Source of the DNA: Deltaproteobacteria bacterium
GTDB taxonomy: Bacteria > Desulfobacterota > B13-G15 > RBG-16-54-18
DNA length: 49,316 bases
NCBI GenBank assembly: GCA_030672385.1
Contig: DAOVGN010000066.1
Location: forward strand, 1 to 49,316
Reading direction: 5' to 3'
A program made the position numbers and the translations under genes. Positions within the stretch are counted from its first letter, which is position 1. The number at the start of each line of letters is the position of its first letter. Positions 18,214-28,624 of this stretch are shown piece by piece. Below the pieces are notes generated by a model, which made no database searches, had not been told where the DNA came from, and was given only the letters and a program-made list of their open reading frames with translations.

Positions 18214-19761
18214 ATGAATGAAAAGAAGTATGAAAGGCTCTTTTGGCCCTTGGCCTTAGGGCTTTTCATCTTCCACCTCCTTTACATCTGGCTTACCCCT
18301 TTTGATCTTGCCCCTGACGAGGCCTATTACTGGGATTGGGCTCGGAACCTCACCTTGGGTTATTATAGCAAACCCCCCTTGGTGGCCTGGGTGATTGCCC
18401 TCTTCACCCGTCTTGGTGAAGATCACCCCTTTTTCATCCGCTTGGGGGCAGTGCTGTTCTCCTTGGGGAGCAGTATTGTCCTCTTTTACCTGGGCAAGGC
18501 CATTTTTAATCCAAGGGTGGGTCTTTGGGCCTTCGTCATCGGCAATGCCACCCCAGGGCTCGCCGTGGGCTCTGTCATCATGACCATCGACCCCCCATTG
18601 ATGTTCTTCTGGGGGCTTACGATCTTATTGCTGCATCTAGCTACGTCAGGGAAGGGGAAAGGATATTGGTACTTGGCAGGAGTCAGTTTGGGTCTGGGGC
18701 TCCTCAGTAAGTATACTACAGTTGCCTTGATACCCTCTCTCTTTTTCTATCTTACCCTCTCTCCCAAGAGGAGATTTTGGTTGAGGACAAAGGAGCCTTA
18801 CCTCTTTATTTTCATCAGTCTGCTCATCTTATCCCCCAACCTCTATTGGAACTATATCCACCAATGGACCGCCTTCAAGCAACCCGCTGGACTGGTAGAA
18901 AACAGAGGCCCTAACCTCGAAACCTTTGTCTGGTTCTTGGGCCCCCAAGTCGGTATCCTCTCCCCAATCAGCTTTCTCTTGGTGATCTATGGCCTTTGGC
19001 AGGGGGGTAAGTGGGGGATCTTCCACAATGACGACCGCTATCTCTTTCTCTTTTGGCACTCCATTCCCCTGTTGGGCTTTTTTCTCATCCTGAGTGTCTT
19101 TTCCGTCTGTTATGTGAATTGGGCTGCACCGGCCTATTTCACGGCCTTTATCATGGCCGTGGGGGTAATCTGCGAAGGGAGTTGGCGAGACAAGATCAAG
19201 AGATGGGTTCTGGTCTCGGCGTTGCTTCTGGGAATCATTACCTCTTTCTTTACTTATAATATGGATATGGTAAGGACCTTGGGCCTTGGGGCCCATATCC
19301 CGGCCAAAGATGTACCAACCAATAGGTTAAAGGGATGGAGAGAACTGGGGGGTGAAGTAAGCAAACTCCTTGCCGACTTGGGAAGAGAAAAGACCTTTAT
19401 CATCAGTAATAAGAGGCAGATTGCCAGCGAGCTCGCCTTTTATGTGGAAGGGCACCCCAAGGTTTACACCTTGAACCTGACCGGCCTTGTTAAAAGCCAG
19501 TATGACCTCTGGGAAAGTTTCGAGGGTAAGGTCGGCCTAAATGCGCTCTATATCACCAAACTCGGCCGCCACCCCCCAAAAAGATTTGCCAGTGCCTTTG
19601 ATACGGTAGAAGAGATAAAACAGGTAAAGATCTATACGGGAAAGGAGTTTGTTAAAGGTTACTCCATATTCTATTGCCAAGGGTTTCACGGGCTAGATCT
19701 TGGTGCACACCTGCCTCCTTTAAACTTGAGGAGTAGGGCAAGTTTAAAGAAAAATAACTGA
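18214..19761 (+). CDS. GT-C fold glycosyltransferase, family 39 (second ArnT-like paralog)
   Basis: ATG 18214 is preceded by GGAAGGA. Motifs DLAPDEAYYWDWARNL..GYYSKPPLVAW. Polytopic. Confidence 0.85.
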   Translation: MNEKKYERLFWPLALGLFIFHLLYIWLTPFDLAPDEAYYWDWARNLTLGYYSKPPLVAWVIALFTRLGEDHPFFIRLGAVLFSLGSSIVLFYLGKAIFNPRVGLWAFVIGNATPGLAVGSVIMTIDPPLMFFWGLTILLLHLATSGKGKGYWYLAGVSLGLGLLSKYTTVALIPSLFFYLTLSPKRRFWLRTKEPYLFIFISLLILSPNLYWNYIHQWTAFKQPAGLVENRGPNLETFVWFLGPQVGILSPISFLLVIYGLWQGGKWGIFHNDDRYLFLFWHSIPLLGFFLILSVFSVCYVNWAAPAYFTAFIMAVGVICEGSWRDKIKRWVLVSALLLGIITSFFTYNMDMVRTLGLGAHIPAKDVPTNRLKGWRELGGEVSKLLADLGREKTFIISNKRQIASELAFYVEGHPKVYTLNLTGLVKSQYDLWESFEGKVGLNALYITKLGRHPPKRFASAFDTVEEIKQVKIYTGKEFVKGYSIFYCQGFHGLDLGAHLPPLNLRSRASLKKNN

Positions 19762-19864
19762 GAAGGAAGGTTTCAACTTTGGGTGGTGGATGAAGGTGAT
19801 ATACGAGATCTACCCCCCTCTGCCGTTATTTTTGGTATAAGTATCTATTTAAATGAGGAAAGGA

Positions 19865-20326
19865 CTATAACCTCTCTGGATGGTTCCCCGCGAAGCCTAA
19901 ACGAACCAGGATCTCCTGTTCCTTGGCCTGCATCTTTGCGGCCTCCTCAGGAGCACCCTCATGTTCATAGCCCAGGAGGTGAAGGATTCCATGAACAAGG
20001 AGGAGGGCCATCTCCTGCTGTAGTGTGATACCCCTTTGCTGAGCTTCCCTCTCGGCCATCTCCGTCGAAATCACCACATCACCCAGCAGATATGAGTGTA
20101 AGCTCTTATCCTCCCCCTCCCCCATGGCGAAGGCGAGGACATTAGTCGGACGGTCTCGGGACAGATATTCTTGGTTGAGTCTCGTTATCTCATCATTACC
20201 GACCAGGAGGATGCTCAACTCTTTCTCGTGAGACCCCAAGTCGCTTAATATCCTTTCGGCTGTTCTCCTTACCTCTTCTGGCCTTACCCGTTGCCTCTTT
20301 TGCCGGTTTTGAACCAACACCTCCAT
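19865..20326 (-). CDS. ybeY: rRNA maturation RNase YbeY
   Basis: 153 aa. Zinc motif HGILHLLGYEH. Confidence 0.92.
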   Translation of the reverse strand: MEVLVQNRQKRQRVRPEEVRRTAERILSDLGSHEKELSILLVGNDEITRLNQEYLSRDRPTNVLAFAMGEGEDKSLHSYLLGDVVISTEMAEREAQQRGITLQQEMALLLVHGILHLLGYEHEGAPEEAAKMQAKEQEILVRLGFAGNHPERL

Positions 20327-22601
20327 TCTTCTGCCTCTCCTCTTCTTGCTGAGCCTCTGGATACTCTATGCGATGGTGATGGGCGGCATTGAGAATGACA
20401 TTAAAACTCTTAGCGATCTCATGAAGATCCTTAAGCGTCAACTCACACTCCTCTAGCTGCCCATCGATGAAGATGTCATTGGTGATCTTTTGAACCAGCC
20501 CTTGGATGCGGGCAGGGGTGGGATCCTCAAGGGTGCGGGAAGCAGCCTCCACAGCATCGGCCAACATCACTAGCCCCGCCTCCTTCGTTTGCGGCTTAGG
20601 TCCAAAATACCTGAAGTCTCTCTCATCCACCTCCTGTACACCCGGATCCTCATGCTCCTTGGCCTTTTGATAAAAATAGTTGATGAGCCTGGTGCCATGG
20701 TGTTGCCCGATGATGTCGATGATTTTACTCCCCAATTTATACCTTTTCGCCAGTTCTATCCCATCCTTCACATGGGAAACAAGGATCAAACTGCTCATGC
20801 TAGGGGTGAGCTTATTGTGTGGGTTATCCCCTACTCTTTGGTTTTCAATAAAGTATTGCGGTTTTTTGGTCTTGCCGATGTCATGATAATAGGCACTTAC
20901 CCTGGCAAGCAGCGGATTGACGTTGATGGCCTTAGCCCCTGCTTCTACCAGATTCCCCACAATCATACTGTGATGGTAGGTCCCTGGGGCCTTCATGAGC
21001 ATCTCTTTCAAGATCGGTTGATCCAAATTGGCCAGCTCCAATAGCTTGATGTCTGTCGTATAACCAAATACCGACTCCACGATCGGGGCCAACCCCACCA
21101 CAACCACCCCGGCAACCACCCCTCCTGCCAATCCCATCAATAGGTCAAAGAATATCTCTACCTCAAAGATCCTGGCGGTGATCATACCCTGAAAGGAGAT
21201 GAGGAGAATATATGTCAACGCTACTAGAAGGCCACCCTTTATTGGCTGGAACCTCTGATCGCAGCGAGCCACGCTGTGGGCCCCTACTATGCTTCCTATA
21301 AAATAAAAAATGGGAAAGAAAATCCCCTCCTTCAACAGGAGACCGGTGAGGAGGCTGACAAAGATGGAGTAGACCAAGGCTACTTCGGAATTAAGGACTA
21401 TCCTGATCAACATGGCACCGGCAACTACGGGGAAGAAGTAGTAATAAGAGCTGAGGGGAAACCGGGGAAAGGCGCCGGCAAGGGCCTCGGCGACGAAGAC
21501 AGAAATCCTTGCCATCCCCAAAGAAGAAATTAACACAAGGGTAAAGAAGAGGATGTCTTTATTGGCGAGGGATACCTTTTTGATGTTCTTCGTGGAAAAT
21601 AGGTAAAAGGCTGTAATAAAAAAGCACGTTAAAAAGATAAACCCCAAGATCATCACTAGGGCACTGCCCCCCTTGCGCCAGCCTTCGCTGAGGGCCTCTA
21701 GTTTGAGTATATCTTCCCCTGTTACCCTTTCACCCTTCTTCAGCAGTATCTCACCCCTCTTGATCTGGAAAAAGACAGGCTTTACATGGTTGCGCGCCTC
21801 CTCCCTCCTCCTGCTCGTCTCCTGCCTGTTGAAGGTAAGGTTGGGAAGAATGAGATTGTGGGCAACTTTAAAAATCACCCCCTTGAGCTCTGCCGGGATG
21901 TCCTTCAACTGAGGTCCTTCAAGGGTCTTTTTAATCATCCCTTTAGCCTCGCCGCAGTCTGGGAGGGAGCTCAAATCCCTCCTTATCTCCTCCTCACCTG
22001 TTTTGATGTTTCTCACCACAATCCCCTCTTCCTGAAAGAGGAGTTCCCTGTTGCTCACAACGCCCTTCTTCATTAGGGGAGCAATTAAGCCTACTGTGCT
22101 TTTTAATGCCCCCCGACTTTTTAATGCCTGATATTCTTGAGGAGAGAGGGGAAAACCCAAGATCTTTTCCACTTCTCCCTTTAGACCCTTTTCTCCCATT
22201 TGCGTTTCTGCGGCCTTATATCTCCTCATTAAGGAAGCGATAGAGTGTATAACTCCTTCAATCTCTGGCAGTACCGAAGGGTCATAATCATAGACAGGAA
22301 GGACTCTACTCGCTGCGGCCTCCCTCTTTTTCTCGGTAGCCTTTTTGTCTCTTACCAAAAGGTCGCTGTCTGACCTAACATCCTTTACAGCCGCATCTCC
22401 TATCTTATAGGTGGGAGGGGCCACCTCCAGGGCGGGTGACAGGAAGGCAGCGATGGACAAAGAGGCAAAAGCCAATAATAGCCATCTCTGTACATGCTGG
22501 CTCTTAGGGGTGCGCCAAAGAGGTCTACCCTTTATTTTTCCCCATAATAGTAAAAGGGGGAGGATCCCCCCCCTTCTTTTCAACCGCTCCATTGCCTTCA
22601 T
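20196..22601 (-). CDS. pgpH: 7TM-HD membrane phosphohydrolase (PgpH-like, HDIG domain)
   Basis: Extracellular N-terminal domain, seven hydrophobic helices, and an HD domain (HHSMIVGNL...YHDIGK...GQHHG). Start chosen at ATG 22601, just after the phoH stop; the track ORF extends to 22697. The 3' end overlaps ybeY by 131 nt. Confidence 0.85.
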   Translation of the reverse strand: MKAMERLKRRGGILPLLLLWGKIKGRPLWRTPKSQHVQRWLLLAFASLSIAAFLSPALEVAPPTYKIGDAAVKDVRSDSDLLVRDKKATEKKREAAASRVLPVYDYDPSVLPEIEGVIHSIASLMRRYKAAETQMGEKGLKGEVEKILGFPLSPQEYQALKSRGALKSTVGLIAPLMKKGVVSNRELLFQEEGIVVRNIKTGEEEIRRDLSSLPDCGEAKGMIKKTLEGPQLKDIPAELKGVIFKVAHNLILPNLTFNRQETSRRREEARNHVKPVFFQIKRGEILLKKGERVTGEDILKLEALSEGWRKGGSALVMILGFIFLTCFFITAFYLFSTKNIKKVSLANKDILFFTLVLISSLGMARISVFVAEALAGAFPRFPLSSYYYFFPVVAGAMLIRIVLNSEVALVYSIFVSLLTGLLLKEGIFFPIFYFIGSIVGAHSVARCDQRFQPIKGGLLVALTYILLISFQGMITARIFEVEIFFDLLMGLAGGVVAGVVVVGLAPIVESVFGYTTDIKLLELANLDQPILKEMLMKAPGTYHHSMIVGNLVEAGAKAINVNPLLARVSAYYHDIGKTKKPQYFIENQRVGDNPHNKLTPSMSSLILVSHVKDGIELAKRYKLGSKIIDIIGQHHGTRLINYFYQKAKEHEDPGVQEVDERDFRYFGPKPQTKEAGLVMLADAVEAASRTLEDPTPARIQGLVQKITNDIFIDGQLEECELTLKDLHEIAKSFNVILNAAHHHRIEYPEAQQEEERQKNGGVGSKPAKEATGKARRGKENSRKDIKRLGVSRERVEHPPGR

Positions 22602-22605
22602 ACCC

Positions 22606-23577
22606 TCAACCCTCCATGGACCTACCGTTCCTCTCGGTTTCCTCATAGGCCTTGATAATATCCTGAACCAAGGGATGCCTGATGACATCCTTCTCACTGA
22701 AGTAAACGAACTTTATTCCCTTAATCTTCTTTAAGATATGTTGAATCTGGATCAAGCCCGAGGTCTTCTCCTCAGGTAGGTCAACCTGGGTAATATCCCC
22801 AGTGATTGCCACCTTGGAGCCGAAACCCATCCTGGTGAGAAACATTTTCATCTGTTCCGGCTTGGTGTTTTGAGCTTCATCTAAAATTACAAAAGAATCG
22901 TTCAATGTCCTGCCCCGCATGAAGGCCAAGGGGGCCACTTCGATAATTCCCCTCTCCATCAATTTTGATGACTGATCAAAGTCCAACATGTCTTGAAGGG
23001 CATCATAGAGGGGTCTCAGATAGGGATTGATCTTTTCGTAAAGATCCCCTGGCAAAAAACCCAGCTTTTCCCCTGCCTCCACAGCAGGACGGGTCAAGAC
23101 GATGCGCGCAACCTCCTTCTTCATCAAGGAGGCGAGGGCCATGGCCATGGCTAGGTAGGTTTTGCCAGTGCCCGCGGGCCCTATTCCTACTACCATATCA
23201 TATCTTCTGATGGCATCGATATATTCTTTTTGCACTACACTCTTGGGGGTGATGACCTTTTTTTGCGAGGATATATATACCGTATCCAGAAAGATATCTT
23301 TCAGATTGACCGACCTGTCTCCTGAGAGGATCCGGAGGGCAAAATCGATATCGTTGACATAGATCGGATAACCACTCTCCAAGAGCTTCTGAAGCTCCCT
23401 TAATAGCCTACTGGCAAGTTCAACGTCTAATTCATCCCCTTCAATGATAGCCCTCCCCCCCTTGGTATGAATCTTTACCTCTAGCTTTTTCTCTATGGCC
23501 TTCAGGTGGTCATTATGGGGACCGAAGAGGGCCTTCGCCTCCTCTATGTCTTCAAAATTTAAGTTCTTCTGCAACAA
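22606..23577 (-). CDS. phoH: PhoH-family ATPase
   Basis: 323 aa. Walker A GPAGTGKTYLA, Walker B ILDEAQN. Conserved phoH-pgpH-ybeY synteny. Confidence 0.92.
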   Translation of the reverse strand: MLQKNLNFEDIEEAKALFGPHNDHLKAIEKKLEVKIHTKGGRAIIEGDELDVELASRLLRELQKLLESGYPIYVNDIDFALRILSGDRSVNLKDIFLDTVYISSQKKVITPKSVVQKEYIDAIRRYDMVVGIGPAGTGKTYLAMAMALASLMKKEVARIVLTRPAVEAGEKLGFLPGDLYEKINPYLRPLYDALQDMLDFDQSSKLMERGIIEVAPLAFMRGRTLNDSFVILDEAQNTKPEQMKMFLTRMGFGSKVAITGDITQVDLPEEKTSGLIQIQHILKKIKGIKFVYFSEKDVIRHPLVQDIIKAYEETERNGRSMEG

Positions 23578-23745
23578 TTCCCCTCTTGTTTCTCTTCATT
23601 GCCTTTATCCCATGACTTTCGGGACAGCATCCTCTTATACCACTCTAACCTGCTACTTGCAACATCATACAGCAAACCTCAAAGAAAATGATATCCAAAA
23701 TCCTCAATTTTTTGATCTCAAGAGGAGATTCTGAGCTGCATATCT

Positions 23746-24516
23746 TTAAGAAATTTTCTCCCTTATCTCATCCATGATCTTGGAAAGTATCTCGCCGGCA
23801 GGTCCTTGGATGAGATAATCAGATACAGACCCGGTCAGGGCTGTGGGTTCCATGTTTATCTCCACTACTTTAGCTCCGCTTTTCTTCGCCACAATGGGTA
23901 TTTCCCCCGCAGGGTAGACCACCGCCGAGGTCCCTATTACCAAGGCCAGCTCGCACATCCTTGCCTCCTCAGAGGCCTTGGTCTGGGCCTCCCAGGGAAT
24001 GGGTTCGCCAAAAAAGACGACATCCGGCTTCAGTATAAAACCACAATTATTACATCGGGGAGGGATATCTTCTAAGGATAATGAAGATGCCTCTCGTCGA
24101 TACCCACACCCCAAACAGACCAACCAATGGTTGGAGCCATGAAATTCAATGACCTCCTTACTCCCCGCCCTTTGGTGAAGTCCATCCACATTTTGGGTGA
24201 TCACGGAACTCAAAAGGCCCATCCGCTCCAATTCCGCCAGAGCGACATGGGCAGGATTGGGTTCTGCACCCAGAACAAGCTCCATCATCTCCTTTAACAT
24301 CTGCCAAACCTTTTCCGGATTAGCGCGAAACGCATTGATATGAGCGTACTCCTCAGGATCATATCTGCTCCACAACCCCTGTGCACTTCGAAAGTCGGGG
24401 ATGCCGCTCTCCACTGAAATCCCTGCACCGGTTAAGGTAATGGTCTTTCGGGAATTTACAATATCCTCAGTAGCCCTTTTTATCAAAACTTCCTTTTTCT
24501 TCAGCCAATCACTCAC
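23746..24516 (-). CDS. cobB: NAD-dependent protein deacylase (Sir2 family)
   Basis: 256 aa. GAGISVESGIPDFRS, TQNVDGLH and the Zn ribbon CLGCG...CNNCG. Confidence 0.9.
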   Translation of the reverse strand: MSDWLKKKEVLIKRATEDIVNSRKTITLTGAGISVESGIPDFRSAQGLWSRYDPEEYAHINAFRANPEKVWQMLKEMMELVLGAEPNPAHVALAELERMGLLSSVITQNVDGLHQRAGSKEVIEFHGSNHWLVCLGCGYRREASSLSLEDIPPRCNNCGFILKPDVVFFGEPIPWEAQTKASEEARMCELALVIGTSAVVYPAGEIPIVAKKSGAKVVEINMEPTALTGSVSDYLIQGPAGEILSKIMDEIREKIS

Positions 24517-24712
24517 GTTTGCCCTCCGTGAAATATGCGAGGCTTTTAAACTTTCTAGGCCTTAACGGGTTGGTTACATTATAACAAAAGGGTAAAGGCC
24601 CGTACAGTTTTGCGGATAGAAAGGACAAGGTTTTGATGAGGAAATCTCACCTTTATGGTACCCACCGGTTTGGCAAATATACCTAATACTGAAATGGACA
24701 ATTGTATCGAAA

Positions 24713-25303
24713 TTACCGCATACCCGGCATTGACATCTTTGCATAGCCTGCAGGTATCTCGAATAAGGAATCTGCGATGCTTTTTTCTTGTATGTTCTTG
24801 TACTCTGTAAACGTATAACTAGATAGTGCTTTATGCTCTGATTTAATGGGGTAACTGAGCTTTTTTGAAAACCATTGGATCACAGTCCCCATGGATCTAT
24901 CATGATAGATATATTGATATCTGTCACACATATAGCCGTTTACCTTTTCTTTGCCGAGATATTTTTTATCAGCCATATTCCCTATTCTCTGTCCTATGTT
25001 AGGGTCATTCGGCGAACCCTCGCGGTTCGACATCTCCATATACATCCTTTCCTCCGGCATCAGGCTCCAGATCACCCCTTTGTCTCCCCTCACAATGACC
25101 ACCTGTTTTCTTCCTCCCTGGAAAAACTCTTGTCTTATCTTGTCTCCTTTAACATACACCTTGCCTGTAAATGTCTCTCCACGCTGTTTTAGGATCATGT
25201 CTGCAGAAAATTCGGCGGCAAGACTCAAGCCGGAAAGGGCAAAAATGCCCATAACTGCAACAATCAATAACATGCCTAAACCTGAAAACACTCTTTTTTT
25301 CAT
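24713..25303 (-). CDS. secreted hypothetical protein (DUF4412/LolA-like appearance)
   Basis: 196 aa. Signal peptide MKKRVFSGLGMLLIVAVMGIFALSGLSLA. Low-GC gene. The family assignment is from memory only. Confidence 0.5.
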   Translation of the reverse strand: MKKRVFSGLGMLLIVAVMGIFALSGLSLAAEFSADMILKQRGETFTGKVYVKGDKIRQEFFQGGRKQVVIVRGDKGVIWSLMPEERMYMEMSNREGSPNDPNIGQRIGNMADKKYLGKEKVNGYMCDRYQYIYHDRSMGTVIQWFSKKLSYPIKSEHKALSSYTFTEYKNIQEKSIADSLFEIPAGYAKMSMPGMR

Positions 25304-25631
25304 CTTCCCTCCTTCTTATGACTTGTTATTTCTCATTACCCTTCTTATCAGCTTTCAATCCTTCTTTTTCTCACATCAAAATGCCCCTCTACAATGTCTT
25401 TATTTTCTAGAACCCCTCTTCTTGCAACATCTTAGGCAAAAAGAGATTAGTCTGTCAATAAAATTTCTGTACATCTAGTGGCTTCCAAGAAAGTGTTTCA
25501 CAAAACCTACATAGAGCCGGCTATTTGCCCTTTAGCCATTGATGGATCTTGGTTAACATGGTAGATTAAGCAGGCTACCCTGAGCTGTGGGGACAATTTG
25601 GCATCGCTTGAGTTGAAAGGATTATCTAAGG

Positions 25632-26912
25632 ATGAAGGATTCAGAAAGGTTCTTCCAAGAGGCGAAAAGATATATTCCAGGAGGTGTGAACAGTCCGGTG
25701 CGGGCCTTCCGGGCAGTGGGGGGCACCCCCCTCTTTATCCAACGTGCCCAGGGGTCGAAGATCTGGGATGTGGATGGGAATGAATATATCGATTACGTGG
25801 CCTCCTGGGGTCCTATGATCCTGGGACATGCCCATCCCCGGGTCGTAGTGGCTGTGCAGCGTGCTACCGAGAAAGGGACCAGCTACGGGGCCCCCACGGC
25901 CCTGGAGGTGGAGCTCGCCTCGCTCATTGTGGAGGCGATCCCATCGGTGGAGTTGGTGCGGATGGTCAACTCCGGGACCGAGGCGGTGATGAGCGCCATC
26001 CGGCTTGCCCGGGGTTACACCAAGAGGGATAAGGTCATCAAGTTCGAGGGATGCTACCACGGCCACTCTGATGGCCTCCTGGTGCAAGCAGGCTCTGGCG
26101 CTACTACCTTCGGAATTCCTGACAGCCCCGGAGTGCCAGATGACTATGTACGTAACACCCTCTTGGCACCATTCAATGACCTGGAGGTGGTAAAATATCT
26201 GATGCGAGCCAACCCTGGCCAAATTGCCTGCATCATCCTGGAACCCATCGCCGGGAACATGGGGGTGATCCCCTCCCAGGAGGGGTTTCTCGAGGGGTTG
26301 CGAAGGCTGTGTGACGAAGAGGAAATCGTCTTGATCTTCGATGAAGTGATCACCGGCTTCCGAGTGGGATGGTCAAGCGCCCAGGGGCTCTATGGGGTGA
26401 TGCCAGATCTCACCTGCCTCGGAAAGATCATCGGCGGGGGGCTACCGGTTGGGGCCTTTGGAGGGAAGAGGGAGATCATGCAAGAGCTGGCACCGGTAGG
26501 AGGAGTCTATCAGGCCGGGACCCTCTCCGGAAACCCCCTGGCCATGACCGCTGGGATAGAGACCCTAAAGCTCCTGAAGGAAGAGGAGGCTTATCAGAGT
26601 CTGGAAGAGAAGACCTCCTATTTGTGCACCGAGGCCGAAAAGATTGCCCGCACAGCAGGTACCCCGACCTCTTTCACGAGGGTTGGTTCCATGTTCTGCA
26701 CCTTCTTCACCCCGGGGCCGGTGGTAGACTATGCCACGGCCAAAAGGAGCGATACCGAGGCCTTCCGGCGCTACTTCTGGGCCCTGTTAGAGCAGGGGAT
26801 CTACATCGCCCCCTCCCAGTTTGAGGCGGGGTTCCTCTCCCTGGCTCACACCGACGGGGACACCGAGAAGACCCTCTCTGCCCTCCATCATGCCTTCCAA
26901 GCCGCCTGTTAG
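25632..26912 (+). CDS. hemL: glutamate-1-semialdehyde 2,1-aminomutase
   Basis: 426 aa. [20 protein letters not shown] and the PLP-lysine context [16 protein letters not shown]. Confidence 0.93.
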   Translation: MKDSERFFQEAKRYIPGGVNSPVRAFRAVGGTPLFIQRAQGSKIWDVDGNEYIDYVASWGPMILGHAHPRVVVAVQRATEKGTSYGAPTALEVELASLIVEAIPSVELVRMVNSGTEAVMSAIRLARGYTKRDKVIKFEGCYHGHSDGLLVQAGSGATTFGIPDSPGVPDDYVRNTLLAPFNDLEVVKYLMRANPGQIACIILEPIAGNMGVIPSQEGFLEGLRRLCDEEEIVLIFDEVITGFRVGWSSAQGLYGVMPDLTCLGKIIGGGLPVGAFGGKREIMQELAPVGGVYQAGTLSGNPLAMTAGIETLKLLKEEEAYQSLEEKTSYLCTEAEKIARTAGTPTSFTRVGSMFCTFFTPGPVVDYATAKRSDTEAFRRYFWALLEQGIYIAPSQFEAGFLSLAHTDGDTEKTLSALHHAFQAAC

Positions 26913-26922
26913 AATAAAGCCC

Positions 26923-28302
26923 ATGACTATAACCGGTGAAATCGCTCGCTTTGCATCCGAACTGAAATACGAGGATCTACCCCCTGAAGTGGTAAACGAG
27001 ACCAAGAGGCTCATCCTCGACTCCCTCGGATGTGCCGTAGGGGGATTACGGACCGAAAAGGGGGCAATAGCGGTACGGTTGGCACGACGCCTCGGAGGGC
27101 CGTCAGAGGCCACCATCGTGGGCACTAGGGATAAGGTATCAACTGCTGCCGCTTCTTTTGCCGCTGGGGAGCTGATCAATGCCCTCGATTACGAGGCCCT
27201 CCTATCTCCACCTGACCATGCTACCCCCTACGTCATGGCGGCCCCTTTGGCCATCGGGGAGATGAAGAAGGTATCAGGTAAGGAGTTCATCGTTGCCGTT
27301 GCCCTGGCCCATGAGGTGGCGACAAGGATCGGCGCAAGCCTGATATTTGGCGATCGGTTCGGCGTCAAGATTCCGGAACATGAGGGACTGATGTCCATTC
27401 CCACACCTGGATATGGCCTGTGCGCATTTGGAGGGGTAGCTGGTGCAGGGAGGTTGTTGGGCCTCAGCGCTGACAAGATCGCCCACGCCATGGGGATAGC
27501 CGGCTACATGGCTCCTGTGCCCATGTTGGCGAAGTTTGCCTTCACCCTTCCTTCCTCAATGTCCAAGTACCTCTCAGCCGGGTTTTTGTCCCAGGCAGAG
27601 GTCACAGCAGTCCTCTTGGCTGAGATGGGCTATACCGGGGATAGAGAGGTCCTCGAAGGTGAATATGGGTTCTGGAGGGCCTTTGGTTGCAATGGATGGA
27701 TACCAGAATCTATAACAGAGGGGTTGGGAAAAAGGTGGTATTCCCCCTATAGGATCTTCTATAAGACATTCCCATGTTGCGGGGCAATGCAGAATGCCCT
27801 TGCCCTTTTTCAAACAATCATCACCGACAATGGCCTTCAGCCTGATGAGATCGAAGAAGTACGGGCACAGCTCAATCCTCTGGCTGCGCTCCCTCTGTGG
27901 CAGACTACTCAGATAGAGACCCACATCGAGGCCCAATTTAGTGTGCCCTATGTCTTCGCCGTCATGGCTCACGGGATTGAGATAGGTCCCTCTTGGCAGG
28001 CACAGGAGACCTTCAGCGATCCCAAGATCGCCGAATTTATGAGAAAGGTCAAGGTCTTCACCCATATGGATGGCGATGCTAGGGAGAGACCTGATGTCGA
28101 GGTATTACTTCACAGGGGAGCGAGAAGGAAAGTACACTCCCGAAGCGGCCTTGCATTGAGAGACAAGATGACGGATGCGGAACTAATAGAGAAATTCAAG
28201 AGGAATGCCCGCACTATCTTGGATGAGGAGAGGACAAATAGAGCCATAAATTGTGTCCAGCGAATGGAGGACCTTTCAGACATCTCACAGCTTTTGCAGT
28301 GA
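26923..28302 (+). CDS. MmgE/PrpD family protein (2-methylcitrate dehydratase-like)
   Basis: ATG 26923 lies 11 nt after the hemL stop. IARFASELKYEDLPPEVVNETKRLILDSLGCAVGG is the typical family N-terminus. Confidence 0.85.
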   Translation: MTITGEIARFASELKYEDLPPEVVNETKRLILDSLGCAVGGLRTEKGAIAVRLARRLGGPSEATIVGTRDKVSTAAASFAAGELINALDYEALLSPPDHATPYVMAAPLAIGEMKKVSGKEFIVAVALAHEVATRIGASLIFGDRFGVKIPEHEGLMSIPTPGYGLCAFGGVAGAGRLLGLSADKIAHAMGIAGYMAPVPMLAKFAFTLPSSMSKYLSAGFLSQAEVTAVLLAEMGYTGDREVLEGEYGFWRAFGCNGWIPESITEGLGKRWYSPYRIFYKTFPCCGAMQNALALFQTIITDNGLQPDEIEEVRAQLNPLAALPLWQTTQIETHIEAQFSVPYVFAVMAHGIEIGPSWQAQETFSDPKIAEFMRKVKVFTHMDGDARERPDVEVLLHRGARRKVHSRSGLALRDKMTDAELIEKFKRNARTILDEERTNRAINCVQRMEDLSDISQLLQ

Positions 28303-28624
28303 ATTTCATATTAAGATGGGCAAAAGGGACAGAAGATAACAGATCCTTGGCCATTTCCAAGGTGTGGCTTTACTAGTTAAAATGATATTTTTTCAGCCTA
28401 ATGGAACCCTTCCTTGGCAAAATAACCACCATTTGCCGCAAAAAGCACAAAGATTGAGGATAAAGCCTCTGAGAGAATTTACAGAAAATATTTGACAATA
28501 CCTAACCAAAACAAGCTTAATTGAAGTCACTCTTTAAAGGGAATGAACCAATGAAAGGGCCCATGTAGATTGAGTTGATCGAGCTTTAAAGGGCTGGCAG
28601 CCTGAAGAGATCTCAGGGGGAAGA

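Noticed and set aside
25599-25612. sigma54-like TGGCAT-N-TTGAG sequence upstream of hemL
   Set aside because: The -12 element is TTGA rather than TTGC, and the spacing fit is poor. A sigma54 promoter is not expected for hemL.
28532-28593. Two copies of CTTTAAAGGG (28532-41 and 28584-93; the core CTTTAAAG is palindromic) upstream of the EamA transporter
   Set aside because: This is a short motif in an AT-rich 320-nt intergenic region, so chance recurrence is plausible. It could be an operator, but nothing else supports that.
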